From: Methylococcaceae bacterium
GTDB lineage: Bacteria; Pseudomonadota; Gammaproteobacteria; Methylococcales; Methylomonadaceae
Direction of reading: 5' to 3'
NCBI GenBank assembly: GCA_014191975.1
Contig: BJHG01000001.1
Location: 1,224 to 65,223 of the forward strand
DNA: 64,000 nucleotides
Positions 1 through 10,583 of the stretch are shown one piece after another. Position numbers and translations under genes: made by a program. Every line of letters starts with the position of its first letter. The stretch's first letter is position 1. The notes beneath the pieces are model-generated. The model searched no databases. It was not told where the DNA came from and saw only the letters and a program-made list of their open reading frames with translations.

Positions 1-631
1 TTGTAAAGCCCTTGTCCGTTTTAAATTTCCATTTATCTTGCGGTGAACTAGCCCAATTCACCAAACAACTGTGATTCAGCAAATCTTCTGGTGTTTGGGG
101 AATGCCATATTTTTCCAAATAATCGGGTGAACCACACACAATCATTGACGAGCTCGCTAATTTTCGCGCCACCATGCTTGTGTCATCTAAATCACCTAAA
201 CAAATCGCAATATCAATTCCATCCTCAATCAAATCGGTATGATTACTTTGCAAAACCATTTCAACATTTAGGTCGGAATAAAGTTTTAAGAATTCCGCCA
301 CAGCTCGGGTGATATGAGTTGCACCAATTACAGGTGGTGCGCTTATTTTCAATGTTCCTCGCAGCTCGGATTGTAAATAAGTGATCGCTGATTCCATCTC
401 ATCAATATCCAACAACACTTGTGAGCAGCGTTCCAAATACGCAACTCCCATGTCCGTTAAACTCAAACTGCGTGTAGTACGATTGAATAAGCGAGTGCGT
501 AAATCACCTTCAAGGAACATGATGTGTTTAGTCGCCATCGCTCGAGAAATACCCAGCTCGCGTGCGCCACGGACAAAACTGCCTACTTTCGCCACACGCT
601 CAAATACTTTCATGCTAGTTAGTTTATCCAT
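1..631 (-). CDS. LysR-family transcriptional regulator (N-terminal part; runs off the window start)
   Basis: Reverse-strand translation from the ATG at 631 reads MDKLTSMKVFERVAKVGSFVRGARELGISRAMATKHIMFLEGDLRTRLFNRTTR, a typical LysR winged HTH. I checked that the frame is open over positions 61-2. It is absent from the ORF track because it is truncated by the window edge. Confidence 0.8.
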   Translation of the reverse strand, partial: MDKLTSMKVFERVAKVGSFVRGARELGISRAMATKHIMFLEGDLRTRLFNRTTRSLSLTDMGVAYLERCSQVLLDIDEMESAITYLQSELRGTLKISAPPVIGATHITRAVAEFLKLYSDLNVEMVLQSNHTDLIEDGIDIAICLGDLDDTSMVARKLASSSMIVCGSPDYLEKYGIPQTPEDLLNHSCLVNWASSPQDKWKFKTDKGFT

Positions 632-777
632 TATTGCACTGTCCTTTTTATTCTATTTTATGAGTTGCACATAAACCAAATCATATACTGGAACGTCAAC
701 AAACGTTAAACTTACCACACAATTTGGAATTAAAAATCCTAAAACGCAGCGATTTTCCAACGGAATAAAATTCAATT

Positions 778-2445
778 ATGTTGCTCAACCTTTCTATTTT
801 AGATTTAGCGATTGTCAAAACATTACAACTCGATTTGTCACAAGGCATGACCGTTTTAACCGGTGAAACAGGGGCAGGAAAATCAATTTTACTGACCGCA
901 CTTGGTTTAGCATTGGGGGAGCGAGCCACCGCAGATTACGTTCGTCCAAACTGCAAGCGTGCAGAAATTAATTTAGAATTTGATTTAACGGCTACGCCAC
1001 TCGCTTTAAAATGGTTACAAGACAATGATTTTGACGAAAATCAACAATGTTTAATTCGTCGAATCGTCAACAGCGATGGACGTTCAAAAGCGTTTATCAA
1101 TAATCGCCCCGTAACCTTACAAACGTTACAAACTTTCACGCGCCAATTAGTCGAAATTCACGGGCAACACGCGCATTTAACATTACTTGAAAGTGATGAA
1201 CAACGTCGTTTGCTTGATAATTATGGTAAAAACTCAGAATTACTTGCACGTTTAAACAGCTGTTTTCTGGCATGGCAACAAGCCCAACAAGAGCTTCAGC
1301 AATTACAAAAAAAGCAATCTGAAGCACAACAACGCGAAGCTCTTTTACGTTATCAACTCGAAGAATTGGAAGCATTGAATTTGGCGCAATTCGATTATGG
1401 TGCGTTATCCGATTCACATCGAAAACTAGCAAATTTAGAACAAATTTTAACGACCGGGCAAACCGAAATCGATACGCTTTACGATGAAGATAAATCCGTG
1501 CATAGGCAACTAAAAAATTCGCTCAAAGCATTAACACAAATTGAGCAATTTGCACCAGAATTGAAGCCTGTCAACACACTGCTCAATGAAGCACAAATCC
1601 AAATCGAAGAAGCAATTTATGAATTACGTTATTTTTTAGAAAGCCAAGAAGCGGATCCGTCGCAATTACAAGAAATCGAGCAACAACTTAGCGTATTACA
1701 AACATTAAGCCGTAAGCATCACGTCAAACCTGAAGCACTTTTTGAATTTCAACAACGTTTAGAAAATGAACTCGCGCAACTCAGTCACAGTGGTGAACGA
1801 ATTGCCGAATTAGAACGTGCAACAGCAGAATATCAACAAGCCTATTTTCCATTGGCGGCAGAATTATCGGTACAACGTCAAAAAAGTGCAAAAAAATTGC
1901 AGCAACACATTTCACGAATGATGAAAGAATTAGGCATGCCCAACGGTGAATTTTTGATAGATGTAAATGCGTTAGCGACTGAAATACCTAAATTAAATGG
2001 TAACGATAGCGTGACATTTTTAATCAGTGCAAATATTGGCTTGCCGCCAAAACCGTTATCGAAAGTCGCATCTGGCGGAGAATTATCAAGGATTAGTTTG
2101 GCGATTCAAGTCACAACAGCAAACGATAAAACGATTCCTACGATGATTTTTGATGAGGTCGATTCAGGAATTGGCGGTGGAATTGCGGAAATTGTGGGGC
2201 AAAAATTACGTCAATTAAGCGGTAATCGCCAAGTTTTATGCGTGACCCATTTGCCACAAGTTGCCGCACAAGCACAACAACATTTATACGTTGAAAAACA
2301 ACATGATACTAAAATGACTGCGTCGCAAGTTCGATTATTAACAAAAGAAGAAAGAGTTATCGAAACAGCACGAATGCTAGGTGGTATTGAATTAACCCCG
2401 AATACTCTAGCACACGCGAGAGAAATGTTACTTAAAACGAAGTGA
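778..2445 (+). CDS. recN: DNA repair protein RecN
   Basis: 555 aa. N-terminal Walker A LTGETGAGKSILLTALGLALGERA, long coiled-coil middle, C-terminal SGGELSRISLAIQ signature and Walker B MIFDEVDSGIGG. Confidence 0.93.
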   Translation: MLLNLSILDLAIVKTLQLDLSQGMTVLTGETGAGKSILLTALGLALGERATADYVRPNCKRAEINLEFDLTATPLALKWLQDNDFDENQQCLIRRIVNSDGRSKAFINNRPVTLQTLQTFTRQLVEIHGQHAHLTLLESDEQRRLLDNYGKNSELLARLNSCFLAWQQAQQELQQLQKKQSEAQQREALLRYQLEELEALNLAQFDYGALSDSHRKLANLEQILTTGQTEIDTLYDEDKSVHRQLKNSLKALTQIEQFAPELKPVNTLLNEAQIQIEEAIYELRYFLESQEADPSQLQEIEQQLSVLQTLSRKHHVKPEALFEFQQRLENELAQLSHSGERIAELERATAEYQQAYFPLAAELSVQRQKSAKKLQQHISRMMKELGMPNGEFLIDVNALATEIPKLNGNDSVTFLISANIGLPPKPLSKVASGGELSRISLAIQVTTANDKTIPTMIFDEVDSGIGGGIAEIVGQKLRQLSGNRQVLCVTHLPQVAAQAQQHLYVEKQHDTKMTASQVRLLTKEERVIETARMLGGIELTPNTLAHAREMLLKTK

Positions 2446-2593
2446 ATTTGAATCTTCGCTTCTATTGGATTCTGCCATTTTATTTTTTCTATACTCATCA
2501 AAATTTAACGTATCTACATCACTACGGCACAATTATCCGCATTTTGACATATAATTATGCAATTCCTTTTCTAAAACTAACGAGGTTTAATAA

Positions 2594-3154
2594 ATGGTCA
2601 CTTTAGAAACGCCAATTTGTGATTTTGGCAAACCCGCTATTGATTTTAAGTTACTAGGTGTCGATGGTAAAACGTGGACACTTACAGATTGCATGGGCGA
2701 AAAAGGCTTATTGGTGATGTTCATTTGCAATCATTGCCCGTACGTCAAAGCAGTCAAAGAGCGTATTGTACGCGATACCAATGAACTCAAATCCCTTGGT
2801 ATTAACAGCGTCGCTATTATGTCGAACGACTTTGTAAATTATCCTGATGATTCGTTTGAAAATATGAAACTGTGGTCTGACGAATTAAATTTTAGCTTTC
2901 CATATTTGCTCGACGAAACGCAAGAAGTGGCGAAAAATTACGGTGCAATTTGTACGCCCGACTTTTTTGGTTACAACGCGAATTTTGAATTGCAATATCG
3001 CGGACGCTTGGATTCAAGTCGCCGTGAAATTACGCCAGATAATACGCCCCGTGATTTGTTTGAGGCGATGAAACTGGTTGCTGAAACGGGACAAGCTCCT
3101 AGAGAACAATTAAGCAGTATTGGTTGTTCCATTAAATGGAAAGAGGAAGCATAA
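2594..3154 (+). CDS. Thioredoxin-fold thiol-disulfide oxidoreductase (AhpC/TSA-like family)
   Basis: 186 aa. Has a redoxin-like FICNHCPYV CxxC motif and the size typical of the thioredoxin-family proteins. Confidence 0.7.
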   Translation: MVTLETPICDFGKPAIDFKLLGVDGKTWTLTDCMGEKGLLVMFICNHCPYVKAVKERIVRDTNELKSLGINSVAIMSNDFVNYPDDSFENMKLWSDELNFSFPYLLDETQEVAKNYGAICTPDFFGYNANFELQYRGRLDSSRREITPDNTPRDLFEAMKLVAETGQAPREQLSSIGCSIKWKEEA

Positions 3155-3156
3155 AA

Positions 3157-4323
3157 ATGACAATTTTGCGTATGGTAGATTTAGATTTAGCGGGCAAACG
3201 AGTTTTGATTCGTGAAGATTTAAATGTGCCCGTTAAAAATGGCAAAGTCACGAGCGATGCACGAATTAAAGCAAGTTTACCAACTATTGAATTCGCATTA
3301 AAGGCTGGCGCGGCAGTGATGTTAATGTCACATATCGGTCGCCCGACTGAAGGTGAATACAATCCAGAATACTCATTGCAACCTGTCGCGGAACATTTAG
3401 CAGCATTGTTAAACAAACCTGTTCGCTTAGAAAAAGACTGGCTCGATGGCATCGAAATCAAAGCGGGCGAAATCGTTTTATGCGAAAACGTACGTTTTAA
3501 CGTTGGCGAAGGCAAAAACAATGACGAACTGGGCAAAAAAATGGCGGCATTGTGCGACATTTTTGTGATGGACGCATTCGGAACAGCGCATCGCGCTCAA
3601 GCCTCAACACACGCCATCGCAAAATTTGCGCCCATTTCATGTGCAGGCCCTTTGCTTGCAAGTGAATTAGATGCGTTAAGTCGCGCACTTGAAACACCTG
3701 AAAAACCTGTGATTGCGATTGTTGGTGGCTCAAAGGTTTCGACCAAGTTAACCGTTTTAGAATCACTTTCCAAAAAAGTTGATCAGTTGATTGTTGGCGG
3801 TGGTATTGCGAATACATTTATCGCTGCGGCAGGTTTCCCAGTAGGTAAATCCCTAGTTGAAATGGATTTACTCGACGAAGCAAAACGCTTAATTGCTGCT
3901 GCAAAAGCCGCAGGTTCAGAAATTCCGATTCCCACTGATGTTGTGTGTGCGAAAGAATTTTCTGAAACAGCAGAAGCCACGATTAAAAATGTTGCTGATA
4001 TCGAAGCTGATGATTTAATTTTAGATATTGGCCCGGTTACAGCAGCGCATTACGCTGAGATTTTAAAATCCGCTAAAACGATTGTGTGGAATGGACCCGT
4101 TGGTGTATTTGAAATCGAACAATTTTCCCACGGCACACAAACATTGGCTTATGCAATTGCAGGCAGCGACGCATTTTCGATTGCTGGTGGCGGCGACACA
4201 CTCGCGGCAATTGATAAATATGGTATTAACGACCAAATCTCTTACACCTCAACAGGCGGTGGTGCGTTTTTAGAATTCCTTGAAGGTAAAGAACTTCACG
4301 CCGTTACCATTTTACAAAAATAA
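3157..4323 (+). CDS. pgk: Phosphoglycerate kinase
   Basis: [27 protein letters not shown]... and GGGDT...[14 protein letters not shown] motifs. The internal ATG at 3157 is preferred because it follows the aagaggaag RBS and matches the canonical Pgk N-terminus. Confidence 0.95.
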   Translation: MTILRMVDLDLAGKRVLIREDLNVPVKNGKVTSDARIKASLPTIEFALKAGAAVMLMSHIGRPTEGEYNPEYSLQPVAEHLAALLNKPVRLEKDWLDGIEIKAGEIVLCENVRFNVGEGKNNDELGKKMAALCDIFVMDAFGTAHRAQASTHAIAKFAPISCAGPLLASELDALSRALETPEKPVIAIVGGSKVSTKLTVLESLSKKVDQLIVGGGIANTFIAAAGFPVGKSLVEMDLLDEAKRLIAAAKAAGSEIPIPTDVVCAKEFSETAEATIKNVADIEADDLILDIGPVTAAHYAEILKSAKTIVWNGPVGVFEIEQFSHGTQTLAYAIAGSDAFSIAGGGDTLAAIDKYGINDQISYTSTGGGAFLEFLEGKELHAVTILQK

Positions 4324-4354
4324 TTTTTTCACTTTTACATTTTAGGAGCAACAA

Positions 4355-4606
4355 ATGGCACGAGTCACAATTGAAGATTGTTTAGGAAACCTTGAAAACC
4401 GTTTTAAATTGGTTTTATTAGCGAGCACACGCGCACGCCAATTAAGTCATGGTGCAACAGAATTTGTTGCTCGCGGCAGAGATAAAGATACCGTTGTTGC
4501 GTTGCGTGAAATTGCGGCGGGTCATGTGACAGAAGAAAATGTCGCAGCATTGCACCGCGTTGGAGAGATTCACGATCATCACCGTCCTGAAAATCCGTTA
4601 TTTTAA
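4355..4606 (+). CDS. rpoZ: DNA-directed RNA polymerase subunit omega
   Basis: [30 protein letters not shown] is the canonical RpoZ N-terminus. It lies upstream of spoT, as in the rpoZ-spoT operon. Confidence 0.95.
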   Translation: MARVTIEDCLGNLENRFKLVLLASTRARQLSHGATEFVARGRDKDTVVALREIAAGHVTEENVAALHRVGEIHDHHRPENPLF

Positions 4607-4630
4607 TTTTCGTAATACATCTAAAAATCC

Positions 4631-6799
4631 ATGTCAAAAATAACCGACTTAACAGCAAAAAATCCATTAGAAGCACAACTTGTTGAACGCTTACGAAATA
4701 CGTTGGTCGGGTATTTAGACACGGAACAGGTTACGCAATGTATGCGAGCCTATGAATTTGGAGCCTCAGCACATCTTGGGCAATTTCGTAAGAGTGGTGA
4801 ACCCTATATTTGCCACCCTGTTGCTGTTGCCATTAGCTTGGCAGAAATCCGAATGGATGCAGATGGTATTACAGCCGCAATTTTGCATGATGTCGTTGAA
4901 GATACCAAAGTTAGCAAACAAGAAATCGCCACTCAATTTAATAATGAAGTTGCTGAATTGGTGGATGGCGTAACCAAATTATCCAAAATAGAAAATCAAT
5001 CACATGCTGAAGCACAAGCTGAAAATGTGCGTAAAATGCTTTTAGCAATGGCAAAAGATTTGCGTGTGATTATCGTAAAACTCGCCGATCGTTTACATAA
5101 TATGGAAACGCTCGGTATGATGTTGCCGCCAAAAAAACGACGTATCGCACGTGAAACACTGGATATTTATGCGCCAATCGCCAATCGCTTAGGCATGAAT
5201 TCGATTCGCCACAAATTGGAAACCTTGAGTTTTGAGGCTATGTATCCATGGCGTTTTGCAGTGTTAAATCATGCGATTAAAAAGGCACGGGGAAATCGTC
5301 GAAAAATAATTGATACTATTGAAAGTACCATCAAAGCAAGGTTGAAAGCGGCGGATTTTCCATGTGACGTCGCGGGGCGAGAGAAAAATATATACAGTAT
5401 TTATAAAAAAATGGAGAAGAAAAAAATTCCACTCGCAGACGTTTTTGATGTGTATGCGTTTCGGATTTATTGTAACGATGTCGATGCGTGTTATCGGATT
5501 TTGGGTATGATGCACAATTTGTACAAGCCAATTCCAGGACGCTTCAAAGATTACATTGCGTTACCAAAAGAGAATGGCTACCAGTCATTGCATTCGGTTT
5601 TACTTGGTCCTTATGGCGTACCAATTGAAGTGCAGATTCGTACACATGAAATGCACAGAATGTCAGAATCTGGGATTGCAGCACATTGGCTGTATAAAAC
5701 CGATACTGATAAAAATCGTAACTTCCAAGCCTTGGCAAATGAATGGCTTAAAGACTTATTGGAGATTCAAAAAAGTGCGGGCGATTCACTCGAATTTATC
5801 GATAATTTGAAAGTCGATTTATTCCCACAAGAAGTATTTGTATTCACGCCAAAAGGTTCAATTGTTAAATTACCACGTGGTTCGACGATTGTCGATTTTG
5901 CTTATGCGGTGCATACAGACTTAGGTAATGCGTGTGTTTCAGCTCGAATTGATAAACAACTCATTCCATTACAAACTCCGTTGGAAAGTGGCGTTACCGT
6001 TGAAATTATTACTGCCGAACACGCACGCCCTAATCCATTATGGCTTAATTATGTGATTACCACACGAGCGCGTTTAGCAATTCGTAATCGCTTAAAACAT
6101 ATTGAAGGACAGGAAGCAAAAAATTTAGGACAACGATTACTAGAAAATGAATTAGTTGTAATGAATATTCAGCTTTCTCAAATTAGTGACGAAAAAATTA
6201 CCACTTTATTAAAAGTGATGGGCGTTAAAACGCTAGATAAGCTACTTGAAGATATTGGCTTGGGAAATAAAATGCCATTTTTAGTAGCAAAACAACTAAC
6301 GCAAAATGATGTTCACACGAATATTAAACTAGATGACGACACAAAAAGTCAAAATCGTCCTTTGATGATTAAAGGCACGGAAGGCATGGTTGTCACTCTA
6401 GCGAAATGTTGTCGCCCGATTCCAGGGGATGCCATTATTGGTTTTTTCAATCCTGGTAAAGGAATTGTTGTTCATCAACACGATTGCCATAATCACGCAA
6501 TAATTAAGAAAAAGCAGAATAATTGGCTTGATGTCGAATGGGGAACAGATACAAAAGTAGATTTTTCGACTGAAATTCGAATTGAAATTTTAAATGAGCG
6601 TGGTTCGTTAGCTACCGTTGCCGCGACTATTTCAAATTTAGATTCCAATATTGAAAACGTAACAGTTGTCGATCAAGATGCGCGAGTTTGTGTCGATTCT
6701 ATTATTTTAACGGTACAAAATAGAGTTCATTTAGCCAAAATCATGCGGCGATTAAAAGAATTATCGATTGTAATGAAGATTACGAGAGTAAAAGGCTGA
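4631..6799 (+). CDS. spoT: Bifunctional (p)ppGpp synthetase/hydrolase SpoT/RelA homologue
   Basis: 722 aa. Contains an HD hydrolase motif (ILHDVVEDT), a RelA/SpoT synthetase region (YRSLH-like GYQSLHSVL), and TGS and ACT-like C-terminal regions. Synteny with rpoZ supports the call. Confidence 0.92.
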   Translation: MSKITDLTAKNPLEAQLVERLRNTLVGYLDTEQVTQCMRAYEFGASAHLGQFRKSGEPYICHPVAVAISLAEIRMDADGITAAILHDVVEDTKVSKQEIATQFNNEVAELVDGVTKLSKIENQSHAEAQAENVRKMLLAMAKDLRVIIVKLADRLHNMETLGMMLPPKKRRIARETLDIYAPIANRLGMNSIRHKLETLSFEAMYPWRFAVLNHAIKKARGNRRKIIDTIESTIKARLKAADFPCDVAGREKNIYSIYKKMEKKKIPLADVFDVYAFRIYCNDVDACYRILGMMHNLYKPIPGRFKDYIALPKENGYQSLHSVLLGPYGVPIEVQIRTHEMHRMSESGIAAHWLYKTDTDKNRNFQALANEWLKDLLEIQKSAGDSLEFIDNLKVDLFPQEVFVFTPKGSIVKLPRGSTIVDFAYAVHTDLGNACVSARIDKQLIPLQTPLESGVTVEIITAEHARPNPLWLNYVITTRARLAIRNRLKHIEGQEAKNLGQRLLENELVVMNIQLSQISDEKITTLLKVMGVKTLDKLLEDIGLGNKMPFLVAKQLTQNDVHTNIKLDDDTKSQNRPLMIKGTEGMVVTLAKCCRPIPGDAIIGFFNPGKGIVVHQHDCHNHAIIKKKQNNWLDVEWGTDTKVDFSTEIRIEILNERGSLATVAATISNLDSNIENVTVVDQDARVCVDSIILTVQNRVHLAKIMRRLKELSIVMKITRVKG

Positions 6800-6901
6800 T
6801 AAGTCAAAAAAGATGGTTAATAAATTTCCTCGCTGCAACCAGCGGGGTATTTAGAAAAGCGAAAACTGTGAATTAGCATACAACTTTGAGTATTCTTCCC
6901 C

Positions 6902-7153
6902 CTAAGCTTTCACATAATTTTGTGTAACAAATTCATAATCATGCTTACCAACGGTACTCGCAAAGTAACCCGGACTCCAGCAATTTCTAAAAACTGAATT
7001 TAGTATTTATCTTCGATTTCCAAGCAAATTGATTTCAATATGTTGTCAATTTTTTCATCGAAAATAGCTCGTCTATATTTTGCAGGGTAAACCAAAGGAT
7101 ATATCAAAACGCTAAGGCTATGACTTGTATGAATATACTGGGTGATTACCCAT
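6902..7153 (-). pseudogene. IS200/IS605-family Y1 transposase (tnpA) relic, frameshifted and internally deleted
   Basis: Reverse-strand frames read MGNHPVYSYK / HSLSVLIYPLVYPAKYRRAIFDEKIDNILKSICLEIEDKY* IQFLEI, then in another frame WSPGYFASTVGKHDYEFVTQNYVKA*. These match the TnpA N-terminus (..YHLVF.TKYRR..) and C-terminus (FWS.GYF.STVG..). The HUH-containing middle is missing. A flanking hairpin cgctg-caac-cagcg lies at 6828-6841. Confidence 0.75.
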
Positions 7154-7302
7154 TGTACCGGGCAAGCGGCGTGAAATTAACTCTTAGAAATTAAAAAAAC
7201 ATACACCAAAAATAATTATTTTTACTGTTTTAGCTTGCTAACCACTAAATATTCTGCTAAAAATGCGCGGTTTTAAATCCAGCTATCTTTTAGGAGTAAT
7301 TG

Positions 7303-7737
7303 ATGACAGATAATGCTAAAGCTCACACATCCCCATTTAGTTTTGCACCGTATGTAGAAACGGTTAATGAAGAATATATGGACGAAGTCCAATTAGCACA
7401 TTTTTCAACAATTCTAGCAAATTGGAAAAACGAATTGATGCGTGAAGTAGATCGCACTGTAATTCACATGCAGGATGATGCGGCAAATTTTCCTGATCCA
7501 AACGATCGGGCCACACAAGAATCTGAATTTAGTTTGGAATTACGCACCCGTGACCGCGAACGAAGATTAATTAAAAAAATCGACGACGCACTTAAGGACA
7601 TTGAATCAGGCGATTATGGTTATTGTGAAACATGCAGTATTGAAATTGGTATTCGTCGTTTAGAAGCCCGCCCGACTGCAACGCTGTGCATAGATTGTAA
7701 AACACTAGATGAAATTCGCGAAAGACAAATGAGCTAA
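7303..7737 (+). CDS. dksA: RNA polymerase-binding transcription factor DksA
   Basis: Has a C4 zinc finger [26 protein letters not shown] and an acidic coiled-coil. The ATG at 7303 follows the aggag RBS. The gene is followed by gluQ, as in E. coli. Confidence 0.93.
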   Translation: MTDNAKAHTSPFSFAPYVETVNEEYMDEVQLAHFSTILANWKNELMREVDRTVIHMQDDAANFPDPNDRATQESEFSLELRTRDRERRLIKKIDDALKDIESGDYGYCETCSIEIGIRRLEARPTATLCIDCKTLDEIRERQMS

Positions 7738-8606
7738 TGTTCCCCGAACGTTATACCAGTCGGTTTGCACCTTCACCGACTGGACATTTACATTTAGGTT
7801 CAGTTTTTACAGCTCTGGCTGGTTTTTTAGATGCCCGAGCCAATCAAGGTTTATGGCAACTTCGTTTTGATGATTTAGACACACCACGCAATGTCTCAGG
7901 ATCCATTAACAGTATTTTAAAAACACTTGAAATACTAGGTCTGCATTGGGACAACGCCATTGATTATCAAAGCCAACATATTGATGAATATCACGCCATT
8001 CTCCTCGATTTAATGACACAAGAAAAAATTTATCGTTGCAACTGTTCCCGTAAAGATTTATCTCCAATTTACACGCAAACGTGTCGACATAAAAAAATCC
8101 CCGCTGCCCTACCCCATTCCTTACGACTTAAAACAGATTCACGAGACATTATTTTTGAAGATGATTTACAAGGGCGACAAACACAAAACTTAGCTGAATA
8201 CGGTGATTTTATTTTAAAGCGAAAAGATAATATTATTGCGTATCAATTTGCGGTGATTTTAGATGACATGCGGCAAAATGTGACACACATTGTACGCGGC
8301 ATTGACTTGTTAAACGAAACGCCGAAACAAATTTATTTACAACAACTCTTGAATTTACCAACACCACATTATTTACACATTCCGATTTTAATAAATTCTG
8401 ATGGCAAAAAACTCAGTAAAACGACTTTGGCTGCCGAAGTTGTTTTATCCAAACCAAATCAAGTTCTGTTTCAATTATTAGATTTATTGGAACAAAAACC
8501 ACCTTGTGAATTAAAAAATATGACGGTATCTGAGATTTTGGAATGGGCGATTCAAAATTGGACAATATCAAATTTAAAAATGATGAAGAATATCGATTGT
8601 GGCTAA
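7737..8606 (+). CDS. gluQ: Glutamyl-Q tRNA(Asp) synthetase
   Basis: 289 aa truncated GluRS paralogue. It has the RFAPSPTGHLHLGS (HIGH) and KLSKT (KMSKS-like) motifs. The start overlaps the dksA stop. Confidence 0.9.
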   Translation: MFPERYTSRFAPSPTGHLHLGSVFTALAGFLDARANQGLWQLRFDDLDTPRNVSGSINSILKTLEILGLHWDNAIDYQSQHIDEYHAILLDLMTQEKIYRCNCSRKDLSPIYTQTCRHKKIPAALPHSLRLKTDSRDIIFEDDLQGRQTQNLAEYGDFILKRKDNIIAYQFAVILDDMRQNVTHIVRGIDLLNETPKQIYLQQLLNLPTPHYLHIPILINSDGKKLSKTTLAAEVVLSKPNQVLFQLLDLLEQKPPCELKNMTVSEILEWAIQNWTISNLKMMKNIDCG

Positions 8607-9297
8607 TTTCAATGTACATTTCTCAGTCGCCGCGACCAGCAGCAGTATCGTTGCTATTTTAGGTGTGAATTTAAATGTGATGGATTTTTCACACGCGCCT
8701 TGGTTAATTTTTCTCGGAATTGTGGGTGGAATGTTGCCTGATATTGACGCTGTAAATTCTAAACCTGTTCGCTTGTTATTTAATATTTTGGCATTACTTT
8801 CATCAACAGCTGTTTTATCCACATTGAAAAACTACGTCGTCCCTTACCAATTATTTGCTCTCGCCGTAGTAATTTATTGGCTGACACGATTTTTAGTTTT
8901 AGCGTCAATTAAACGATTTACAGTGCATCGTGGTATTTTCCATTCCATTTTGGCATTAATTTTTTTTACATTATTGATGGTGTGTATCAGTGATTATTCG
9001 TTCAAACAAGATGCAAAATATGCGTGGTTAAATGGTTTTTTTCTAGGCTTTGGTTTTTTGGTACATTTATTATTGGATGAAATGTACAGCGTCGATTTAT
9101 CAAATCGACGCATGAAAAAATCATTTGGTACTGCGTTAAAATTATTCAATTATAAAAATCTGCCGTCATCAGCGTTAATGACATTACTAACGATTTTTTT
9201 ATATTGGGCCACGCCACCATTATCTGAATTGATTACAGTGACTGAACAAAGGGTAGGTTATTTTATCTTTTTAATTTCACAGTACAACGAAGTTTAA
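8599..9297 (+). CDS. Membrane-bound metal-dependent hydrolase (YdjM/DUF457-like)
   Basis: Polytopic membrane protein with the LPDIDA.. and HRGIFHS motifs characteristic of the YdjM family. GTG start; the exact start is uncertain. Confidence 0.6.
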   Translation: MANFNVHFSVAATSSSIVAILGVNLNVMDFSHAPWLIFLGIVGGMLPDIDAVNSKPVRLLFNILALLSSTAVLSTLKNYVVPYQLFALAVVIYWLTRFLVLASIKRFTVHRGIFHSILALIFFTLLMVCISDYSFKQDAKYAWLNGFFLGFGFLVHLLLDEMYSVDLSNRRMKKSFGTALKLFNYKNLPSSALMTLLTIFLYWATPPLSELITVTEQRVGYFIFLISQYNEV

Positions 9298-9376
9298 AGT
9301 TAAGACGAAAGCCTTTTTTGTTGTTAAAATACGTTAAGTTTTTTAATTATCTCTTTGTTTATTGAGTTGTTTTGTA

Positions 9377-10549
9377 ATGAAAATCCGTGTTTCTCTTATC
9401 TTTTCTGTTTTTGCCTTACTGTCTCCACCAAGTTTTGCAAGTATTTACAATTCGCCCGTAAAAGTGCGTGATAACGTAATTGCGGAATATCCCAATGAAA
9501 TTGCAGTCACACGCGCTGATCAAAATGAAACCTTGCTCGATGTGGCACGACGTTTTTCATTAGGACAAGTCGAAATTATTCGTTTGAATCAAGATTTAGA
9601 CCGTTGGCTTATTAAAAAAGGTCAGATTATTACGCTACCCAATAAACGTATTTTGCCCGATTCGCCACATAGTGGAATTACACTAAATATAGCGGAATAT
9701 CGAATGTTTTATTATTCACCGAATGGAAAAATTTATTCATTTGCACACGGTGTAGGACGACAAGATTGGAATACTCCGCTTGGAAAAACGACGATTCAAA
9801 AGAAAGTTAAAGATCCTGTTTGGCGACCACCCGAATCAATTCGTCGTGAACACGCGGCATTAGGGGATCCATTACCCGAAGTTGTGCCAGCCGGCATTCA
9901 TAATCCGCTTGGAGCTTACGCGCTGTATTTAAATTTGCCAGGCGATTATCGAATTCACGGCACCGATATTGATAAAATTTTTGGTATTGGAATGCAAATT
10001 ACGCACGGTTGCGTACGAATGTATCCCGAAGATATTGACCAACTTTTTCACTTAGTGAGCGAAGGCACGCCCGTTTATATTGTAAAACAACCGATAAAAG
10101 TCGGATGGCTCGATAACGTACTTTACGTCGAATCGCATCCCACTTTAGAAGGTGAAGAAACCAGCCTAGATCAACGTTTATCGAGTGCAATCGCGTTGAT
10201 TCAAAAAGCCAATAACAATGAATTACCCGAATTTGACCAAGCAGCTTTGAAAGAAGCGTTAGAAAAGCAAAACGGCAATCCAACGGCTATTTATGAGCGC
10301 GTTATTTCACCCGAAGAAGCCGCTGCCGAAGCCTTAGCCGCGCAGGAAAAACCTGAAATCCCCGTTATTGCACCGATTAAAGCGATTGCGCCAGTGGTCA
10401 AAAAGATGACAGCGAAAGTTCCAAAAATTGCGACAAAAATAAAAGGAAGTGCGACAAAAAAATCGGCTATTTCAGCCAAAGTTAAAGCGGTAAAATCCAT
10501 CGTAAAACCTGCGACAAAACCCGCATCAACCGGTTATTATCACGGTTAA
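9377..10549 (+). CDS. L,D-transpeptidase (YkuD domain) with N-terminal LysM-like segment and Lys/Ala-rich tail
   Basis: Has a signal peptide MKIRVSLIFSVFALLSPPSFA and the catalytic motif YRIHGT...ITHGCVRMYPEDI. The C-terminus is a low-complexity K/A/P tail. Confidence 0.85.
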   Translation: MKIRVSLIFSVFALLSPPSFASIYNSPVKVRDNVIAEYPNEIAVTRADQNETLLDVARRFSLGQVEIIRLNQDLDRWLIKKGQIITLPNKRILPDSPHSGITLNIAEYRMFYYSPNGKIYSFAHGVGRQDWNTPLGKTTIQKKVKDPVWRPPESIRREHAALGDPLPEVVPAGIHNPLGAYALYLNLPGDYRIHGTDIDKIFGIGMQITHGCVRMYPEDIDQLFHLVSEGTPVYIVKQPIKVGWLDNVLYVESHPTLEGEETSLDQRLSSAIALIQKANNNELPEFDQAALKEALEKQNGNPTAIYERVISPEEAAAEALAAQEKPEIPVIAPIKAIAPVVKKMTAKVPKIATKIKGSATKKSAISAKVKAVKSIVKPATKPASTGYYHG

Positions 10550-10583
10550 TAATTTTTTAAACTCACTCACTTAAAATTTTTCT

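Noticed and set aside
381-674. 97-aa plus-strand ORF at the window start
   Set aside because: It lies antisense to a convincing LysR-type regulator read from the minus strand, and its product has no recognisable features.
690-777. LexA/SOS box upstream of recN
   Set aside because: I found no CTGT-N8-ACAG dyad by eye in the recN upstream region. The organism may use a different operator, so no call is made.
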